Source of the DNA: Candidatus Eiseniibacteriota bacterium
Lineage (GTDB): Bacteria > Eisenbacteria > RBG-16-71-46 > CAIMUX01 > VGJL01
Assembly: GCA_041946735.1 (NCBI GenBank)
Contig: JBHGAY010000001.1
Location: 271,658 to 335,657, forward strand
DNA: 64,000 bases
Reading direction: 5' to 3'
Below the pieces are notes generated by a model, which did not search any database, was not told the origin of the DNA, and saw only the letters and a program-made list of their open reading frames with translations. The first letter of the stretch is position 1. Every line of letters begins with the position of its first letter. This document shows positions 60,016 through 64,000 of the stretch, piece after piece. The position numbers were made by a program, and so were the translations under genes.

Positions 60016-60051
60016 TGTAGCGCTTCGCTCCAACTGTCCCAGGTCAGGACA
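60016..60051. promoter_or_regulatory. Tandem 17-bp TGT-N11-ACA-type enhancer sites
   Basis: TGTAGCGCTTCGCTCCA-ac-TGTCCCAGGTCAGGACA. Confidence 0.62.
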
Positions 60052-60161
60052 GAGCGAGGCGCACGATCACCGGACAGGACCTTTCGCCGCGTCCCCCCTC
60101 GGCGGGGCCGGCGGCAACAAGGCCTACCGGCAGGCTCCCCGGAGACGGCTAGGAGACCCGT

Positions 60162-61970
60162 TCAAGGCAGAAGCTGGACCTTCCCTCCCGTCTCGATTCC
60201 ATCGATCCGGAGGAAATACGTGCCCGGCGGCAGCCGTCGCCCGGCATCGTCCCGGCCATCCCACTCCGCTTCAGCCGCGCCGGCTGCGAGCGGCAGCGAA
60301 CGAACGCGACGCCCGCGGAGGTCGAAGATCTCCAATGCGAAAGGTCCGAAGGGCGAGGGAGCCGTCGCGCCTCGGAGTTGAATGCGGATGACCGGACCCC
60401 CGGCAGGATTGGGGCGAACGGCCAGCGACGCCGGTCCCGGAGGCGAAGCATCCTCCAAGGTGGCTGCCGGAAGGGCGACCTCCGCCAGGCGGCGGCTGAC
60501 GTGCGTCACTCCTGTCGAGGGATGGACGAGCACCTCGTCGAGCGAGCCCGCGGAGTTCGAAAGGAGCACGTCCCACACGAGCCGGTCGGCATCGGGCGTC
60601 GTGCTCGGGTCGATCAGGCCGTGCGGAGCGCCGGGGGCCTCCGGCGGCAGGATCGGAAGATCGAACCCCATCCTTCCCGCCGGCGTGACGACCCTCCACA
60701 GGAGCTGCGGCACGACGGTCGTGTCCGCAGGGTCGAGGGCCGCCAGCGTGATCCCGGCCGCCGACCAGGTCGGCTCCGGCTCCGTCCCCGGGTCCGCTAC
60801 CTCGCTCCATCCAAAATGAAAGCCCTCCTGGTCGAGGACCGGCGGATCGTAGAAGTCGCGGAGGACCCGCGTCGCCGGAAGCGTGAACGGCCCCCGGTCG
60901 ACGCGAGCCGAAAGGAACGAAAGCGCCGCGGAGGAATCCATCCACGCGCCGAACACGAGGTTCCGGACGTCGGAGATGTCCCCGGCCGGGACCGACGAGG
61001 TCATCAGGAAGTCGCCCAGCGTGTCGGAGAGCGCAGAGTCGGTGTCGTAGAGCAGGAGCTGTTCGGCTCCCGAAGGCGCCTCGAGACTTCCTGCGCTGAC
61101 CGTCTGGACGGCCGCACCCGCCGGCGCCTCCTCCACGCGCACCGTCAACTCCGTCCGGAGATTGTGGTCGGAGTTGATGTTCACGTTCCCCCCGTCGCCG
61201 ATCGGACGGTCCCTCTCGACGCCCAGCTCCCGGATCTGAGCGATCTTCAGAAGCTGGAGCGGGTCGTCGCCCACCCCGTTGAGGAGCGCATCGATCGGGA
61301 TCCTCGCCGAGACTGAGTAGAGCGTCTGGGTCGTCTGCGCGGGCAGGTCGATCTTGTATTGCGTCTTCGCGAAGGTGAAGAAGAGCAGCTCCACCTGGCT
61401 CGGCAGGACGACGTTTCCGGGGAACGCGACCTCCCCGTAGATCGGAAAGTTCGCGACGTCGGGCGGAACCTCGAAGGGCACGCCTCCGACTCCGAGGACA
61501 ACGTTGTCGGGCGAGATCGCCGGAAGAATCATCGCCGCGTCGAAGTTGCCGTCGTTGTTGACCGTCTCGATGTTGTAGACGGTCCCCGTGACCCGCGCCT
61601 TCGGACCGTAGATCACCGTGTCCGACAGCGCCGGGTAGAGCGGGAGCTCGACGGATCCCTCGACCGACTCGATCAGAGCGGTGTAGGCGTAGCTCGCCGC
61701 ACCGGCGGTCACGGTCTGCGGGCCTGCGATCGCGCCGTCGTCGAACACAATCGACCCCGAGGCGGAGGTCGTGCCGCTGTTGCCGGGAAACGGATTGCCC
61801 GGGGCGGGTCCGACCATCACGAATGCGCCGGGAATCGGGTGGCGGTCGCGCGAGTCCACGACGGTCACTTCGAGGACCGCGGCAGAAGAGGGGATGGACG
61901 CGGGAAGGCTGGCAATCCATAGCCATGCAAGGATGGAGATGGCGCGCCGGCGATGGCAGGCGAGAAGCAT
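60162..61970 (-). CDS. Secreted beta-rich protein with FlgD-Ig-like C-terminal domain
   Basis: RBS GGAGG, signal peptide, carboxypeptidase-regulatory-like N-terminus, PNP...FDLRGRRVR...WDGRDDAG..LPPGTYF. Confidence 0.82.
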   Translation of the reverse strand: MLLACHRRRAISILAWLWIASLPASIPSSAAVLEVTVVDSRDRHPIPGAFVMVGPAPGNPFPGNSGTTSASGSIVFDDGAIAGPQTVTAGAASYAYTALIESVEGSVELPLYPALSDTVIYGPKARVTGTVYNIETVNNDGNFDAAMILPAISPDNVVLGVGGVPFEVPPDVANFPIYGEVAFPGNVVLPSQVELLFFTFAKTQYKIDLPAQTTQTLYSVSARIPIDALLNGVGDDPLQLLKIAQIRELGVERDRPIGDGGNVNINSDHNLRTELTVRVEEAPAGAAVQTVSAGSLEAPSGAEQLLLYDTDSALSDTLGDFLMTSSVPAGDISDVRNLVFGAWMDSSAALSFLSARVDRGPFTLPATRVLRDFYDPPVLDQEGFHFGWSEVADPGTEPEPTWSAAGITLAALDPADTTVVPQLLWRVVTPAGRMGFDLPILPPEAPGAPHGLIDPSTTPDADRLVWDVLLSNSAGSLDEVLVHPSTGVTHVSRRLAEVALPAATLEDASPPGPASLAVRPNPAGGPVIRIQLRGATAPSPFGPFALEIFDLRGRRVRSLPLAAGAAEAEWDGRDDAGRRLPPGTYFLRIDGIETGGKVQLLP

Positions 61971-62216
61971 GGGACCTCCCGATTTCCGAAGCGATGCGGA
62001 TGTTGCTGCGGCTCGATGCTCTCCGGAACGCCGCACGCAGGCGCGGCCGCGGCGAGCGCGCGGACCAGCGCACGACGACGTGCGTCGAATTCTAGCGGGT
62101 CGGACACGTGCGATCCAGAGACCACGCAGGCTCTCCCGCGCCGGCGCTGCCTCGTCGTCCCTCCCTTGGGCAGCAGGAGCCGATCACCGGCAAAGGTCGA
62201 TGACGAGCGAGGGCGA

Positions 62217-63353
62217 TCAGGAGGGCGGGCGCGGCGGATGCAGACGCGAGGCCGAATCCACCATCCGCTCGAACGCGGCCACCTCCGGATCTTGGCGCAG
62301 TTCCTGTGCGAGCTGCTGGGCGAACGGCAGCAGGTCCGCGATTCCCCCTTCCTCGATCCTGCCTCCACCCCGGAGCATCTCGGCGAATGTGCCGGCGATG
62401 ACCGAAAGGCGATAGCGCGCGGGGGAGATCTCGAACGGCCGGGCGACGTCGGAGGCAAAAGCGACTCGCGAAAGGGTGTCCTCGAGCGTCTCGGTCTCCT
62501 CGCGGTCCGCGGCCCGACCGTCGACCGGCTGGTAGTCGAGCCGGACTTCGAGAAGGCGAGCAGCAGGCTCGACTCTCCGCAGCTCCACCTCGTAGAGAGC
62601 CGCCACTTCCGTCCCTGACAGGATCACCGGTTCCTCGCTCCGCAGTCCCGGTGGACGGTCGAAACCGAGAAGCCGGTAGCGCGAGACGGAGCGGGGATCG
62701 AATCGCACCTCCAGGCGCGCCGAGCGCGCGACAGGCTCCGCGTCCCCCGCCGCATCGCCGCGCGCCCGGACGCCGATGCGAATCACACGGCGGCCGATCC
62801 GGAAGGGAGAGGGACTGCCGTCGACGTGCAGGGCGAAGTCCCCGCGGGAGACGACCGGGTAGCCCTGGCGGAAGCGGTTGACGAACTCCTCGATCCGCAC
62901 GGCTTCGGGCGGCGGCAAGGCCCCGCGGTCGATCCATTCCATCGCTTCCTCGTACGAGCCCGTGCCGATCGAGAGCGCGAAGGTCGACACCGAATCGGTG
63001 CGCGGATCCTGGAAAGGCGGCACGAGACCGGTCCGGCCGATGCGCAGGCGGGACGGAACGGCTCCCTCGCCGGTTCGCACCTCGAGCGCGACCGCCGGGT
63101 GGGCGATCGGGGTCGTCTTCGTCGCCTCCTCCGGCCGGTCCTCCTCCCGGGAGGTCCGCGACTCGCGGATCAGCAGGAGCGCGACCACGGCGACAGCAAC
63201 CACGGCGAATCCGAAAGAGAGTCCCCAGCGCCGCAGGCCCGGTTCCCCCGCCTCGAACCCTCGCCCGGAACGCTCGGCTCGCAGCCGCGCCAGGATGCGC
63301 CGGCGCTGCCCCTCGTCCAGTCGCGGCCGGCAACGTTCGAGAGTCTCTTTCAT
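62217..63353 (-). CDS. Single-pass membrane YfbK-like protein (vWF_A N-part + DUF3520-like part, VWA core missing); putative anti-sigma
   Basis: TM helix; STFALSIGTGSY...LPPPEAVRIEEFVN.F...SPSPF; then EVRFDPRSVSRYRLLGF...ALYEV. ATGA-coupled to the ECF sigma. Confidence 0.75.
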   Translation of the reverse strand: MKETLERCRPRLDEGQRRRILARLRAERSGRGFEAGEPGLRRWGLSFGFAVVAVAVVALLLIRESRTSREEDRPEEATKTTPIAHPAVALEVRTGEGAVPSRLRIGRTGLVPPFQDPRTDSVSTFALSIGTGSYEEAMEWIDRGALPPPEAVRIEEFVNRFRQGYPVVSRGDFALHVDGSPSPFRIGRRVIRIGVRARGDAAGDAEPVARSARLEVRFDPRSVSRYRLLGFDRPPGLRSEEPVILSGTEVAALYEVELRRVEPAARLLEVRLDYQPVDGRAADREETETLEDTLSRVAFASDVARPFEISPARYRLSVIAGTFAEMLRGGGRIEEGGIADLLPFAQQLAQELRQDPEVAAFERMVDSASRLHPPRPPS

Positions 63354-63934
63354 CTCGCCTGTCCCTCCGCGGTCCCCGTCGCGATCGCCCGGAGTTCCAT
63401 CCCGAGGATCCGCCGGAGCTTCTTTCGCGCCCGTGAAGCATGCACGCGGGCCGTCCCTTCGCCGCAGCCGAGCATCGCGCCGACCTCGCGGAACGAGAAC
63501 CCTTCCCATTCATGGAGGAGGAAGCAGGCGCGCTGCACGCGGCTCAGCAACCCGAGCGCCCGCCGCGCTTCCCGGAGGCGGGCGTCGTGCCACACCCCGG
63601 TCGCGGGAAGCGACAGGGGCAGAGCGGCCTCCTCGAGCGGGACGTTGCGCCTCAGCCGCCTGAGGACCGTCCTTCTCCAGTCGATCGCCTTGCGGATCGC
63701 GATCACGCGCAGCCAGGTCTCGAGCGGCGCCTCGCCCCGGTAGTCGCGAATCTTGCGGAACGCCTGGAGATAGGTTTCCTGCAGGAGGTCGAACGCCTCC
63801 TCGCGATCGCCGAGCTGATAGCAGAGGAGGGCGTAGAGGCGATCGCCCGTGCGATCGAGGATGCGCTCCCACGCGCTCTCCTCGCCGTCCGCCGCGCTCC
63901 TCGCGAGCGCGATGTCCTCGCTGCAGTCCTGCAT
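63350..63934 (-). CDS. ECF RNA polymerase sigma-70 factor
   Basis: Region 2 EAFDLLQETYL...YRGEAPLETWL.VIA; region 4 LSRVQRACFLLHEWEGFSFREVG.MLG...GTARVH.SRAR. Confidence 0.93.
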   Translation of the reverse strand: MQDCSEDIALARSAADGEESAWERILDRTGDRLYALLCYQLGDREEAFDLLQETYLQAFRKIRDYRGEAPLETWLRVIAIRKAIDWRRTVLRRLRRNVPLEEAALPLSLPATGVWHDARLREARRALGLLSRVQRACFLLHEWEGFSFREVGAMLGCGEGTARVHASRARKKLRRILGMELRAIATGTAEGQAR

Positions 63935-63956
63935 CGCCCGGTCCTCTCCCGCCTCC

Positions 63957-64000
<44 letters not shown>

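Overview
This is a very GC-rich bacterial window with about 55 CDS, mostly on the minus strand. Three secreted proteins end in FlgD-Ig-like tails, which suggests an FCB-type lineage such as Ca. Eisenbacteria (inference). Left to right it holds: a two-component/sigma54 signalling block; an envelope operon (DUF4398-like lipoprotein, L,D-transpeptidase, apparently inactive LDT paralogue); mutY; pilT followed by a DUF4388 protein fused to a degenerate PilT copy; housekeeping genes (epimerase, Nudix, PHP, pdxR-pdxS-pdxT, RluA, NCS2 permease); a cheB / cheB-cheR / hybrid-kinase module with no MCP or CheA; hflX; groES-groEL; a GAFTGA-less pseudo-enhancer-binding protein; PSRP; secreted proteins; a 19-kb co-oriented cluster (group 3b [NiFe]-hydrogenase, hyp genes, 2-ketoisovalerate oxidoreductase, ilvE, NtrC-type regulator, kinase); and an ECF sigma with a YfbK-like partner lacking its VWA core. 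Reading the intergenic DNA shows up to six sigma54 (-24/-12) promoters. Two pairs of them share distinct palindromic enhancer motifs. Other signals are a GGA/G-rich terminated leader before the hydrogenase, probable non-canonical starts (ACG for pilT, ATT for hflX) and several enzyme/pseudo-enzyme pairs. I found no tRNA, rRNA, CRISPR array or mobile element. Family calls come from motif recognition by eye, not database searches.
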